From Gordius albopunctatus (lineage: Eukaryota), in NCBI GenBank assembly GCA_964276515.1, contig OZ193909.1, positions 434,001-498,000 of the forward strand: 64,000 bases of DNA. The letters run 5' to 3'. Under the pieces are notes generated by a model, which had not been told where the DNA came from, did no database searches, and was given only the letters and a program-made list of their open reading frames with translations. Made by a program: the position numbers and the translations under genes. Below, piece by piece: positions 13,401 to 26,115 of the stretch; positions within the stretch are counted from its first letter, which is position 1, and every line of letters starts with the position of its first letter.

Positions 13401-16400
13401 ACTTTTTGACCGTCCGCAGGCTACTGACCAATGAAAAAATGACCACTGGCCAGATAAATCGAAATTTTTAATTTTTCGTTTTTGAATAGTTTAACATTGA
13501 TAATTACCCTATGCCCTCCCCTACAAGGGCCTATGGCTCTATTTATATGGTTCCCTGTTCCCCTCCAAAGGCTTATGCCTCTATTTAATGTGGGTTTGAA
13601 TCCCGGCGAACGTTCCAAATTGATGGTTCGAGACCCGGAGAGGACAAAAAATTTTATTTTTTTTAAATTAAATTAATATATTGTTCTTGTTAATACCATT
13701 GATAATATGAATTTTTGACCGTCCGCAGGCTACTGACCAATGAAAAAATGACCGCTGGCCAGATAAATCGAAATTTTTAATTTTTCGTTTTTGAATAGTT
13801 TAACATTGATAATTACCCTATGCCCTCCCCTACAAGGGCCTATGGCTCTATTTATATGGTTCCCTGTTCCCCTCCAAAGGCTTATGCCTCTATTTAATGT
13901 GGGTTCGAATCCCGGAGAGGGCAAAATTTTTATTTTTTTAATTAATTTAATATTTTGTTCTTGTTAATACCATTGATAATATGACTTTTTGACCGTCCGC
14001 TGGCTACTGACCAATGAAAAAATGAACATTGGCCAAATAAATCCTAATTTTTCGTTTTTCCTTTTTGAATAGGTTAACATTGATAATTGAAAAAAATTAC
14101 CATTGGCCAAATAAATCAAAATTTTTTTTCGTTTTTGAATAGGTTATACTTTTTAATAATTGCTATGCAATTTATCTAGTTTTTGGGTTAGAATCCCGGA
14201 GTTTTTTTTGACTCTTATGATTGTTCTTGTTACTATCAATGATAATAAGACTTTTTGGCCGTCCGCTGGCTGCTGACCAATGAAAAAAATGACCATTGGC
14301 CAAAATGTGTATCCGAGTTTATTTTTTCGTTTTTTTTGACTATTATGATTGTTCCTGTTCCTACCATTGCTATTATGACTTTTTGGCCGTCCGCTGGCTG
14401 CTGACCAATGGAATAAAATAACCATTGGCCAAAATGTGATTCGAAAACTTTTTTTTCGTTTTTTTTGACTATTATGAATTTATATCCACTTTTACCGTGT
14501 CCTGGCTGCTGACCAATGGAAAAAAATGACCTTTGGCCAAAATGTGATTCGAAAATTTTTTTTTCGTTTTTTTTGACTATTATGATTGTTCCTGTTCCTA
14601 CCATTGCTATTATGACTTTTTGGTAATACAACTGTTTCCCGTTGAATTTAACTAACCATAAAGCTTCCCCTTCGCTCCCTCTCTCCCCCTTTATGATATT
14701 TGGCATATACACTTATTTAGTGCTTCCAACCTTCGTTTTGCAATATTCACGTAAGTATTTCCATAAATTGCATAGCAAATATGATACATTTATACGGAGT
14801 GTAGATGAGTTCCCCCTTCCCACGAGGGCCGAAGGCCCGAGTTTTATTATAAAATTGAAACTTTTGAATGTTTTATGGTTTGATATAGAAGGACAACTGA
14901 AAAAGATGACCAAAGATTTCGAAATTTTCGACAATTACTCTAAAACTTTGAAAGAAAACTTAGCTAAAGATGTATCCCAATTTGTCCAAACTCAAAATGC
15001 ACTATCAAGTGATACAACATCAACACTGGATAATATCAATTTGGACATTTCTAATGGAGCTGTAAAAACCTAAACTTTTTATCATTTTGGATTTTACTTT
15101 TAAAAAGTGATTTTCTCGAGATTTTAGCACTGTTTACAACTAACTATTTCAAAATTTTTCAGCTAAGATTTATATATTTTTATAAAAAAAAATTTTGCTT
15201 ATTTAAAATTGATTTTTTTTTGCATTTTGTCTTTAGACGGGAATATTGGATTATATAACGCGACACTGCAACGAACATATAGATACCTTTTCCGATCTTA
15301 TCCAAGTTCGAATTAATGAAACTCGGCAATATCTCGTCAACTCCTTTGACCTTTTAAGCGAAAAAGTTTCTACATTTTTACAAGATATATGTTTTAGTTT
15401 TTTTCCCCTTTTTTTCGAATAAAAAAATGTTTTTTTACTACTATATGTTTATTTTTTCCCAAAAATTTTTTAATTAGTATTTTTATAATTTTTGAAAACA
15501 AAGGTTAGTGCCTATCAAACAATGTCGGATGGATTCCTGGTTAATAATATCAAATCTCTCGATAAATTAAGTTTGGATTTTAACGCGGTTTTCGAAAAGT
15601 TAGAAACAAATTTTGCTGATGAAAAAGAGAAACTTCAACAATACATCGCTACCAAACATCAACATACCCAAGTACTAATATTTCCATTTTTTAAATTTAT
15701 AGCTTTACAATATTAATTTTGTTTTTGGGATTTTGATTAATTTATTTATTTACAAATTTTATAGCAGAATTATCTTTAAATTAGTATATTAAGGGAGAAA
15801 TAGGGACATCTGTCAGATTTTATACTATTTTTAGGGCCAATATCATTATGATTTATATAATTAATGTGTTGAACCTTTTTAACTTTATATTTTAAAAATT
15901 GTACTTTTGTGCAAATATATAATAAATATTTGATTTTTACATTTTTATTTGCTTTAGAAAATGAATCAGCTTTTAAAGGCGATGTCGGATTTGTTTAATA
16001 AAGAAGATGTTACGATAGAGAATTTTACAGAACTAGAATTACAATGCGATTCAAATCGCGAGCTAGTTACAGGGACCAGGAGCAATTTTAACGAGTTTTT
16101 TGAATAAATAAATATTTTAAAGTTATTAAATTTTTTTGTATTTTTTTTAAATTTTATTTATTTTTTTAAAATAAATTATTGCCAACTTTAGAACGATTGA
16201 ATCTGGTAAAATTAGAGAAAATGAGGAAAGGATTAAAGTTAAAGACGTTGGATCAGACGTTATTGGTCATATTGCGGCCACTAAATCAGGCGTAAGTTTA
16301 AAATAATTTTTAGCCTGAACAACCACTTTTAATGCCAATTTTTTATATTTAATTGTAATTTCAAAATAAATAATGTCTGTAAAATCATTTTTTTTATTAA

Positions 16401-19400
16401 AAATTTAGCTTTTTTTTCATATTAATTTTTAAATTTTGTTTAAGGCTTCAAACCAATTGGACGCGATCCAAGAAAAATCCAAAAAACAGAAGGCTCACCT
16501 CGACAATGGATTTTCCAATATTAAATCTGTAAATTTATCTTATTTTTAACTCTCCAACAATCTTTGCACAATTTGATTGCAAAAATTTAGGAAATTAAGA
16601 GGCACGGGGCACACACGAAAACGTCGTTAGATGCTTTAAAAGTTGATACAGAGGAAAAATCACAAGATTTTATCGCCAAAATCCAGGTTAGTTTTTTTAA
16701 AGATTAAATATAAATTGCTAGCTACCTTTTTATGAATGTTTAAACACATTAACTTACATTGATACGAATATATACATTTATTTTTTATTTTCAATAAGTT
16801 TTCATATTTAGCTATATCTCGTAATTTCAATTTAAGTCTTCTTCCTTTGTTAATGGGGATGTGTTACCCAAGTGGCTCTTCGCTCCCTACCTAAATCTTA
16901 TGTACTCATTGTATCCGTAAAAATGACTAGGTTTTTATTTCCCCCTTTTTAACTTTTTCAAAACGCAAATCGTAAAAATATATTAATGCCCATATCCTCG
17001 ATATATCATGCCACGTGTTCAATCAAATATAGCTTATCATATGATCGCACAAGAGGCAATCAATTTTAATAAAATCCATGGGATGGATTAGGAAATAAAT
17101 ATAGCGTATGAAATAATGGAACTGAGTAAAAGACAATGTCCCAACAACAGGGCCAAAGGGAAATTTTGTCTCACAAAGTCCCCGTTACCTTAGTTACAAC
17201 CATCCGATATGCATCTTTGCTCTGCCTTCAATTTACCCGATTCAATTGTCATGAGCGATGCAATTGGGACTTTTACATTTAGACCTAGTGTTTTCTTTAA
17301 CTCCATTTTTTCCCTGTGGATTAAGAACCCTTAGCTATCCTTTGCATCCACAGTATATTCGGACTCGCATTAACCGTCTGACACCTAGGATAATTTTTAT
17401 TTAGTTGTGGTTTTCCATTTGGCGTATATCTTCTCCCTGCTGCTATTTTATTAAATCTTGTGCATTCTTTTAATTGCTATGCAATTTATGGGCTATTTTT
17501 CAATAATTGCCTTGGAAACAAATCGCCAGAGTTTTTACATAGTCACTTATCAACTCTTTCCTCGAAGATGGAAATTCTCAACACCCTCCCAATACCTACT
17601 AAAGCTGCCCAGCTACCTCAATTTCATTAGCAGCCTTTATCTCTTCGTACAAATCCGCCCACGGTCTGATCGAGCGATTAATCACAACAAGCGAGGACCC
17701 ATCGTTTGTACAAGCTCTAGATGTCTGGTCTGCCAACGTGAACCCAGGGACCCCCTTCCCCATAACCTCAAGACAAAAGGATTGGGATGCTGGCCTCGTA
17801 TCGCGCTCCGTTGATTACCTCTTATCGAGTTGCGACGCCCGCCAGCACTTCAACCTTAAATCTTTAGTTTTTGGAGGATCGGGTCACGAGTGGCTAGAAG
17901 CTTATCCTAGTTCACTTTCTGGACTGATGTTGGAGGACCCAGCGCTTGCAAACTCCATCGCCCTTAGACTAGGAATTCCCTATTCAAAGGAATATTCCTG
18001 CCGCAACTGCTCCCAGAACGTAGACATTTATGCGAGGTAGCCCCTACACTGCCTTTACAATAAAATTAAATACACAAGGCACGAAAAAGTGAATAGCCTT
18101 ATCCCCACCGCTCTTAAAAAAGCCAACATTCGCTCCGTCTTAGAGCCGTCAGACCCTTCGTTGGATAGAGGGAAGGATGCGACCAGACGACTCTACCCTC
18201 ATCCCTTGGCACCAAAATGGTGTACCCCTTGAATGGGTTCACCTGCATTCTAGCCAGAACTACAACGCTCTCACCCTCGCCCAATACCGCAAAGGGGTAA
18301 AATACCAGGCCACCCTCTAATATCTTTACCCCTATCGTTGCCCCCGACCTCTTGTTCTCCCACTTTTGCCTTTTTCAAGATATCAGCCGTCGCTGCCCGT
18401 CCGCCCGCCCTGCAAATATTTCACTAATTTTTATTAACCCCACAGGGACCAATGTTAATTTGTAGTTACACCCATTTTATTGATGATTACTCAAAAAGTA
18501 TTTATTTAAAATTAATTTTTTAAATATTGAATTTAACAAACGAGATGTTGTCAAATAAGCTCACGCGACGTCTTTCCTTTCCGAATCCATTGTTTAAAAA
18601 TTATACCATTCCAAAGTTCGCAATTTTTTTATTTTTTGAACTCTTCCAAATTATTCAATTTAATGGAAACTCGAACGTGAGTGCAAAATATATTTTATTA
18701 ATTATAAATATATCATAGTTATTTTTAAGTTTTAAATATAACTTCACCTAAAAGTGACATTGGGAATGGCATGAAGGGCATTTTTGAACAATAAGATATT
18801 TACGTAGTTTTTAACGTTGTTTGTTAGCACCTAAGCTATATTTTACTCAATTAAACTTTTGTAAGCCTTCTTTTATTAAGTCTTGGTCTTCATTCCTTAA
18901 TTTTATTTACAGCAAAAAAAAAGTCAAAAAGACGTTTGATTTTGTGTCTGTAATATAATTTAATTTTAAATTTTTAAAAATATTTGATTTAGAACATTAA
19001 ATGACCTTTTAGAAGAAGTAGAATATTCTAATTTAAATGTGGAACAAGTTATCATATTTCCTCCAATCAACGATGGTGACACTTACCAAGAAAGTGGCGA
19101 TGAAATTGAGGCTGATTTGGATCATCTACCAAGATCAATGCTTACGTCTTCTATTGAGGCAATCCGTTCCTCAGACCTAGAGCGTACATCCATTAAAGAT
19201 AATTTAAATTGGCAAGATGATGAAAAGGTTTTTCCCCGTGTCGTCGCAAAGAAGATGATAGGACTGACGTCGATGTCATGAATTTACCAACCACAGAAGA
19301 TTATTTCGAACAAGTTTTTACCGATGAAATTGTGACATTCATTGTAGAAATGACAAATCTATACGCTAAACAGCACAATATAAATTTGAACTTTACAAAG

Positions 19401-22041
19401 GAGGAGCTTAAAATTTATATTGCCATCTTACTTCTTACCGGATATTTGACTCCGAAAAATGTTAAAATGTGTTGGGAATTAAAATCCGATTCTTACAATC
19501 AAATGGTTTCATATGGAATACGCCGCAACAGATTCAGAGAAATAACAAAGTATTTACATCTCTGCAAAAATTCAAATTTAGACTCGGTCAACAAATTCGC
19601 CAAAGTTCGACAGTTCTTTGATCTTTTAGATAAACGATTTAGGAATAATTTTAAATATGTAAAAACTTCAAATATTTCAATGGATGAAACCATCGTTCCC
19701 TACTATGGGCGCCATACTACGAAACAATTTATAAAAGGAAAGCCAATGCGCTTTGGGTATAAACTCTGGACGGCCGCAACAAGGTCGGGATACCTTATTA
19801 GTTTTGACCTTTATCAGGGTTCATCATGTATTTTACCACAGCAAAAACTTTCGGTTTAGGGGGAGCTGTCATAATGAATCTTCTGGATAAATTACCAAAT
19901 GAATATTCTCCTTATAATATTTATTTCGATAATTACTTCGCAAGCACAAAATTATTAAATGCTCTTTCAAAAAATAACATCGGCGCTACGGGAACCGTCA
20001 GGGTCAATCGAATTAAATGTCCTCTGGCAGATCCGAAAGTGTTTTAAAAAAAGGCCGAGGGTATTTCGTTAAGAAAGTAACTTCAAATATAGTTGCGATT
20101 AAATTGAAAGACAATTGCATTGTCAACATGTTATCAAATTGTCCTAATAGCAACCCAATAAGTAAAATATCCAGAATAGGTTCAATAAATAAGGTAAAAT
20201 CAAACATTCAAGTAGATTGCCCATTTATGGTACAAATGTACAATATATGGGTGCGGTTGATCGATTTGATCAGAACGTACAATCTACAAGAATTTCTTAC
20301 AGAGGTAAAAAATGGTATTTTCCTTTGTTAGCATTTAGAATAGATGCGGCTTGCCAAAATGCATGGCGAATTTACAACTCAAACAATGATTATCAGTCAT
20401 TCGGCAACTTCCGAAGATCGATTGTGATGTCATATTTCAGGAAATATGGTATTCAACCCAAAAGAAACGTGTATCCCAGTCTAACGAAATATAAACCTAA
20501 CATAACAACAAAGCATCAAAAAGAACCCTGTGCTCAGAGGCGTTGTAAAGTTTGTAAGAAGGCCACTCGCCTAGAATGTTCATATTGTAACGCCGGATTG
20601 CATTTAAAATGTTGGGCGACTTATCATGAATTATAATTGATTATATTGTAGCTGATTTTAATAAAAAGGTCAATGTTGCAGATTTGGCCTTCCCAATCTC
20701 ATCACTTTTAGGTGACACCCCTCTATCTACCCGACGGGGTCATTATTTTGCAAAAAAAATTCCAGTTGATTTGTTGTTACTATACCCTAGTGACCCTAGA
20801 AACTTATTTTTTCATAAAATTTAACCGTGCAAAAATCAGTGGTCCCTGTCGGGTTAAGGAAACAATTGGTATTTTTATAGCAAAGTACAATTTTAAATCC
20901 CTGACCGGCAGCTGGCCAATTTTATTAGATGACACATGCGACGCTTTTTAATTATAATTTTCTCTTATACCCCCTCCTATATTTTTCGAATTTTAACACT
21001 TTGCTGTTATTGTGTTCTTGCGTTCAAATAAACAATATATAGATTTAAAAATCAATTTTTTAATTGCTATGCAATTTATGGGCTATTTTTCAATAATTGC
21101 CTTGCAAACTTATACGCCAATTTTTAATTGCTGTGGACTTTGCTTCTGTAAAAGACTTTTATTACAGTTCTTCCACCTCGCTCCAGCACAAATTCCATTA
21201 TTGTTTTTGTGGCCAACTAATTATTATTACCTTTATTTACTAATTTCTTGTGGCAACTTGTCTAAGTTGTTGCTTTATATCGCAGAGCTGCGAAACTGGC
21301 TAAATAATTCCCTAAAAATTATATTTTCTATAATCGTCATAATATATAGCGAACCATTGGTGACCGTCAAGCCTTTATCGACAATCAGCTGAAGGAAAGT
21401 CGAGAGGCGAATACCGATGCTTTGAATCAACTGAAATTTACAGGGAAATTATTTGAGGAAAAATCTCGCGGTTTAAATGAAATCTTGGATATAGAATTGG
21501 AAGAAACTGTAGCCAATAAATCAATTTGCGTGAACATTATCGACGATTGGAAAATTGACACGAAAACGGGTTTGTGGATTTTCATAAATTTCCAATTTTT
21601 TAAAATTTTTGTCTATTTCCCCCAAAAATCGATATTTTTAGTTAACTTTGATATTTTATTTTGACCTAAAGGTCAGACGCCCAATAGGAGAGACACTCTG
21701 TACCGAGGAGTTTTGAAGAAAGGTTTGGCCATTCAAGATATGGACAAAATGTCAAATTTAGCTTCGTCTAGTAGTGGCAATAGGTTACCGTCAACCCCAG
21801 AATTTGTCCCGCTGACGCCATTGGTACATAAAAAATAATTTTTACCTTCACATTTTTTCCAAAATGTGGATTATGTTTTAAAAATTGATATTTTTTTGGT
21901 ATTTGCAAGGAAAATGACCAAAATTCAGGAAACAAAAAGGAAGTTAGTGGGAAACATGGAGTGGAAAAAACAAATTTTCATAAACAAAGCGCGGGAGATT
22001 TAAAGAATTCCAAAGAAAATTTCAGACCTAAAGAAAATTGA
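7467..22041 (+). CDS. KIF11: Kinesin-5 (Eg5/BimC) mitotic motor, multi-exon
   Basis: Phase-consistent exons: 7467-7528, 7566-7781, 7895-8036, 8078-8215, 8293-8399, 8591-8681, 8956-9101, 10126-10318, 10920-11096, 12004-12211, 14889-15061, 15237-15365, 15504-15671, 15958-16094, 16192-16291, 16445-16528, 16591-16686, 21350-21569, 21672-21823, 21910-22041. Motifs: [11 protein letters not shown]-loop [35 protein letters not shown], kinesin-5 neck REKNGIY, BimC box TGQTPNRR. Confidence 0.95.
9779..9971. mobile_element. hAT-type MITE
   Basis: ~25-bp TIRs (TTGTAAAGAACCGCCTGGGTTTT / AAAACCCAGTCGTTTCTTTACAA); 8-bp TSD CTGTTTAC/CTATTTAC; related copy at ~27778-27899. Confidence 0.75.
12367..14845 (+). 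mobile_element. Non-autonomous Helentron/DINE-1-like element (HINE) with central tandem arrays, in a kinesin-5 intron
   Basis: 5' subTIR TTGCTATGCAATTTATGG (12371), GTCC/GTCG microsatellite (~12403-12424), tandem arrays, 3' subTIR CCATAAATTGCATAGCAA (14761-14778), hairpin GGGCC-GAA-GGCCC (14826-14838), then TTTT; no TSD seen. Confidence 0.8.
12464..14625. repeat. Tandem array of ~274/309-bp monomers plus a degenerate ~108-128-bp sub-array
   Basis: Anchor CTACTGACCAATG at 12565, 12874, 13148, 13421, 13730, 14004 (spacing 309, 274, 273, 309, 274); shorter derived units at 14270, 14398, 14506. Confidence 0.95.
16830..17400 (-). mobile_element. Possible highly decayed LINE 3' fragment
   Basis: Minus strand gives [21 protein letters not shown], loosely like non-LTR post-RT motifs; many stops. 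Confidence 0.25.
17740..18310 (+). mobile_element. Decayed C-terminus of an RLE-type (CRE-like) non-LTR retrotransposon
   Basis: WLEAYP...ALRLGIP...CRNC...*PLHC (CCHC knuckle), RHEKVN, EP, then RPD...IPW after a frameshift: zinc knuckle plus restriction-like endonuclease motif order. Confidence 0.7.
18438..20853 (+). mobile_element. Full-length piggyBac DNA transposon, inactivated
   Basis: TTAA TSDs at 18434-18437 and 20854-20857; 14-bp TIRs CCCCACAGGGACCA / TGGTCCCTGTCGGG (1 mismatch). Confidence 0.95.
18993..20636 (+). pseudogene. piggyBac transposase (PGBD2/3-like), broken by about 4 frameshifts
   Basis: Consecutive ORF pieces carry [29 protein letters not shown] (DDD triad) and a C-terminal Cys-rich domain CKVC..CSYC..H..C..YH. 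Confidence 0.92.
21056..21300 (+). mobile_element. Short HINE-family copy
   Basis: Starts with the same ~45-bp head as 17468 (TTAATTGCTATGCAATTTATGGGCTATTTTTCAATAATTGCCTTG); hairpin TCGCAG-AG-CTGCGA at 21280-21293. Confidence 0.55.
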
Positions 22042-25000
22042 TTTTGCTTTAAAATTTACTATCGAATAGAAATATGTTTTTTTAAGCTGGATTTAAAATT
22101 TTTAGCCATTTATTTAATGAAACAGGATACTAAGCCTTATATGAATTTATTCCCTGCAAACGTTTTGCTGTATCCTCAATTTTTAGAATGGAATATATAT
22201 ATATTTATATGTATACTTGGAAATTTCATACGTTTGAGGTCGACCACAATATTGGATTATGGAATTGAAAAAATAAAATACTCCCTTCCAAATACAAATT
22301 AGCCAATCTTTTAGAATTCAAAAATGTAAAGCTTAACTAGTGTTAAATATTTCGTAGTGGAAATCATTTCATCACCCTTATTTTAAAAATTAATATTTTT
22401 AAGCAGAAATATGGGTTTAAAAATGTATTCTTTTTATATTTTGTCTATTGGCTTGAAATATTATTTAGTCCTCTGGGGTGAAAATAACATAAGCCCACTA
22501 CACTAACCCGAGAAGTCAATTAAAATTGTTTATTATTTAGATAAAATAATGATAGAATATGTAATTTAATGGAAAACGATTTTAGAGAAAATAAACGATT
22601 TTCCAAATAAAATTCCTGAGAATACATTTAGCAAACTAATTTGAGCTAATTGCAACAAAAATAAGTTTTTTGGTTAAAAATCTTCCTTTAACATTTGAAT
22701 TTCATTATTTTTTATTAAAAAATTGTTATAGCAGTACCCTAAAGCGTTTTTCCCGAAAAATCTGACTACACAAATTTACTCATAAATTTCGCGTTTTGCA
22801 TGACTAATATTATTTTTTAATCTCTATGAATCATAATAAATCTATGTTTTAGATATGACAAGAGGTAACCCTATAGCTAAGCTGTCTTAACTCTCTATAT
22901 GATCACGGTGTGTAAATCGTGTTAAAAAAGAAAATCTACTTTAAAACTATTATTTTCTCCCATAATTTCTATTTTATTACAAATGCCCTCAATTTAAATA
23001 TCCGCATCGGCGTTGCTTGGGGCTGGCAGGGCCCCCCCCCTCGAAATGCAAAATTTATTTTAAAAATAATATAAATATTATGGCTAAAGTTACTAAAAAA
23101 ATATCATTTTGCCCTCGTTAAATCATTATTCTAGCTGCACCCATGCTTATATGTCATTCATAACATCAAGGCATTAAATAAAAGGTTTATAATGTAAATT
23201 CAACAAAAAAAGTCTTTTACATTTTTGAGTTTATGATACATAAAAATAATCTGGAAAGAATAATTAAAAAACGTTTTTTAAATTTATAAGATTTCCCACT
23301 TTAAACACTATTTTTTGCAATTACTCCCACATTTTTTACATTAATTTCCCAGGTTGACATTAAGATTTTTGTTTTATTAAAAGTCATACCTAATACTATC
23401 GCCTTTATAATTTAAATCTAACCAAGCGTAACAAATTTGTTTTAGATAACAAATTCTTGCTATATACACCTTCAATTTAACAACTACCCCGAGCTATGAA
23501 ATGTATGACTTTTAACCGCAAAATTAAGAGATATAAATAATTAAATGAAAATATGACTCACAAATTTTTTTACTAAAATTATCGTTTAAACTTAAAGAGA
23601 CTGTTATAATTTTAAAGGCGTTATACAATTAAAACACGGATTAATCGATAAATTAAATTTTGTTATCAATAATTAATTAATAAGTTTATAATTGAGGAAT
23701 CATTAAATTAAATAACCCCAAAGCCATTATCTGTCAATTGATCTCTTTACGTTTAGTAGACTAAAACCAAAAGTCCAACCGTTTTTACAACATTACTTCT
23801 GGACTCTATTCAAAATCTTGAAAAACAACAATTTTTTTAATTTATAGATAGAAAACTATTTCTATAAAATAAAATTTTAATTTAAAAAAATATTAAAATT
23901 AAATATTTTAAATAAAGTAAGTATTTATTGTTTTTAATTGACCCAGGTTGATTTAGCATGAATCATATATATATTTATTTACTACCTCGAGAAGAGAAAA
24001 TAAAAAAACAACAGGGGGGAGGAGGCTGGGTGTCAGCTAGGTGAAAATTTTCAATTTAGTCGTCCAAAACAAGAAGGATACATTTTTTAGGTTGCTTTCG
24101 CCCCCCCCCCTTCCCTTCCGCATACTTTGTTCCCTATTGGGAAATTAAGGTACATTCATTCATTTAAATTATAAGGTTTCACTTCTTTTAATAATATTTT
24201 TCACTTTACTCCTATCTAAAACTGTGTTGCCATCAAACCTGGGAAATAAAACTTTGATTGATATATTCCGAAATCTTATAATTCTGTCATTCCAATCATT
24301 TAAAAGGTATACACAATAATTTTTTTTTAATATTGGTATTAATTTATATTTAATTATTTTTTTAAATTCTTTGCAAAAATACGAAATTATAAAAACTACA
24401 TTTGGATAGAAATATCTAAAATTACCATTTGAAAATCCTGCAAATCATATATAAATGAATTGGCGCAAATTTTTAATTAATTTAGAAATTCGCGCCAATT
24501 ATCACTGAGGAAAAGAGTGGAGGGCTTTGCCCCCCCCCCCATATAACTCCAAATTTTTACCTTTTTTTAAAATACTTCCAAAAAATCATGAAAAATTAGT
24601 AATTTATAAGAAAAATCTTATTAAAAGTATTTGATTGTTTTTTCCTAAATTCAAAATTTTGTTTACATTTTAAGATTCGGAAATAATAAATATGTATGAA
24701 GGTCATTGATAAAAGCCATTACTGCTTATTTAATGGCCTCTAAACCTTACTTTGATCTTTCCTTCTTTCTCTATCGTAGTATTTAACTGTTTAAAGATTA
24801 ATTAAGTTTTCATAAAATGTTGACAAAATTAAAATAAAATAATTTTGAGTCATTTTAAACTTCACGAAAAGATATATTATTTACCATATAATAAAAACCA
24901 TATGGCAATTACGGGCTTAGCTGGGGAGGGGGGCAAGGAGGGATGTCTGCCCCCTCTAAATCTAAAAAATCTTTAAAATTAAATACAATTATGGCTAAAA

Positions 25001-26115
25001 TTTGACAAAATTATTATTTAGCCCCTATTAATAATATAAGTTGAAACTAATTTTGGTGATTAATTTTAAAATAATATTTTTTTAGCAATTGCTTCATAGT
25101 TATATTTTATCACACGTGTGCATTATAGCAGCTCTGAGGGGTGAGTAGATCACATTAAAAACAAAGGTAGAAGATGTTGATCACGGGGGGGGGGGGCGAG
25201 AGAGACGGGGGAGCATGACCCTATTTACGCTATTACAATATGAATGAATGAATGAATGACATTATAATAAGCTGCTGAGGGGGGGGATTATGTTTTATGA
25301 GCTTCATATAGGATTGTCGCAATATTAGTGGGTGAGGTCGGTTTATTATATAAAATGTTGTTTTGCTACACCCAGACCTCTGCCCCCCCCCCTAGGGGTT
25401 CGCCCCCCCCCCTAGTGAGACCCGAATGTAGTGTAACCTTTGGTTGATAGAGCGTATATAGACTAGTAGATCATCATCATATCTATATTTTTTCCTCCTT
25501 TTTGTGTAGTAGTAAAAAGCTGCTTGCTTTGACTTTTCCTTTAATCCATGCGCTATAGCTGTTAGAGATTCTATTAATTTGCTACTGTGTTAATTCCCAC
25601 TTCCACACGCCTAAGATTTTTTTTCAAAACACTTTAAGCAACTGATTACAATTCCAATATGGCAATGTTTTCCAAATATTTATAATTCCCAACGCTTTTT
25701 TACTTTCATTTTCGCCCCAAATATGTATTATTTGTAAAAATAATAAACGATTGATATGTATCATTTGTGTAAAATTATCGTAGTCTTCAAAATCTATAAG
25801 TATTCCCTCGTAAAAATCTAATTATTCCATTTAAAATATTTTGTAGAAATTTTGAGGTTGGTTGTCGAAATTGAAAAATCCTTGCGAATACATTCATTCA
25901 TCTACTACTCTAGCGCGCTCAAGCTACGAAATTATCTTCTCGTACGACCTTAATCAAACTAGCTACTATGCATCTTTAGCGTTACTAAAACCACAAGGCA
26001 AACCACGGGAACTGCTGTAAAAGAAAAATTGGAAAAAATCTCTAAATAATTTTTGCACGATTCCACCTAGGATTCCTAAGGATTCACATCTTTAAATTCC
26101 TCTGAGCTAGTAAAT

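Noticed and set aside
12565..13924. Repeated 64-65-aa ORFs suggesting a tandem small-gene cluster
   Set aside because: They are translations of the repeat monomer, open at non-ATG codons, and lie inside a non-autonomous element in an intron.
12464..14625. CRISPR-like array
   Set aside because: Whole monomers are near-identical with no unique spacers, no cas genes, and the context is eukaryotic.
16686..20636. In-frame kinesin-piggyBac fusion protein like CSB-PGBD3
   Set aside because: The kinesin donor is phase 0 but the transposase acceptors need phase 2 or 1, and the transposase has several frameshifts.
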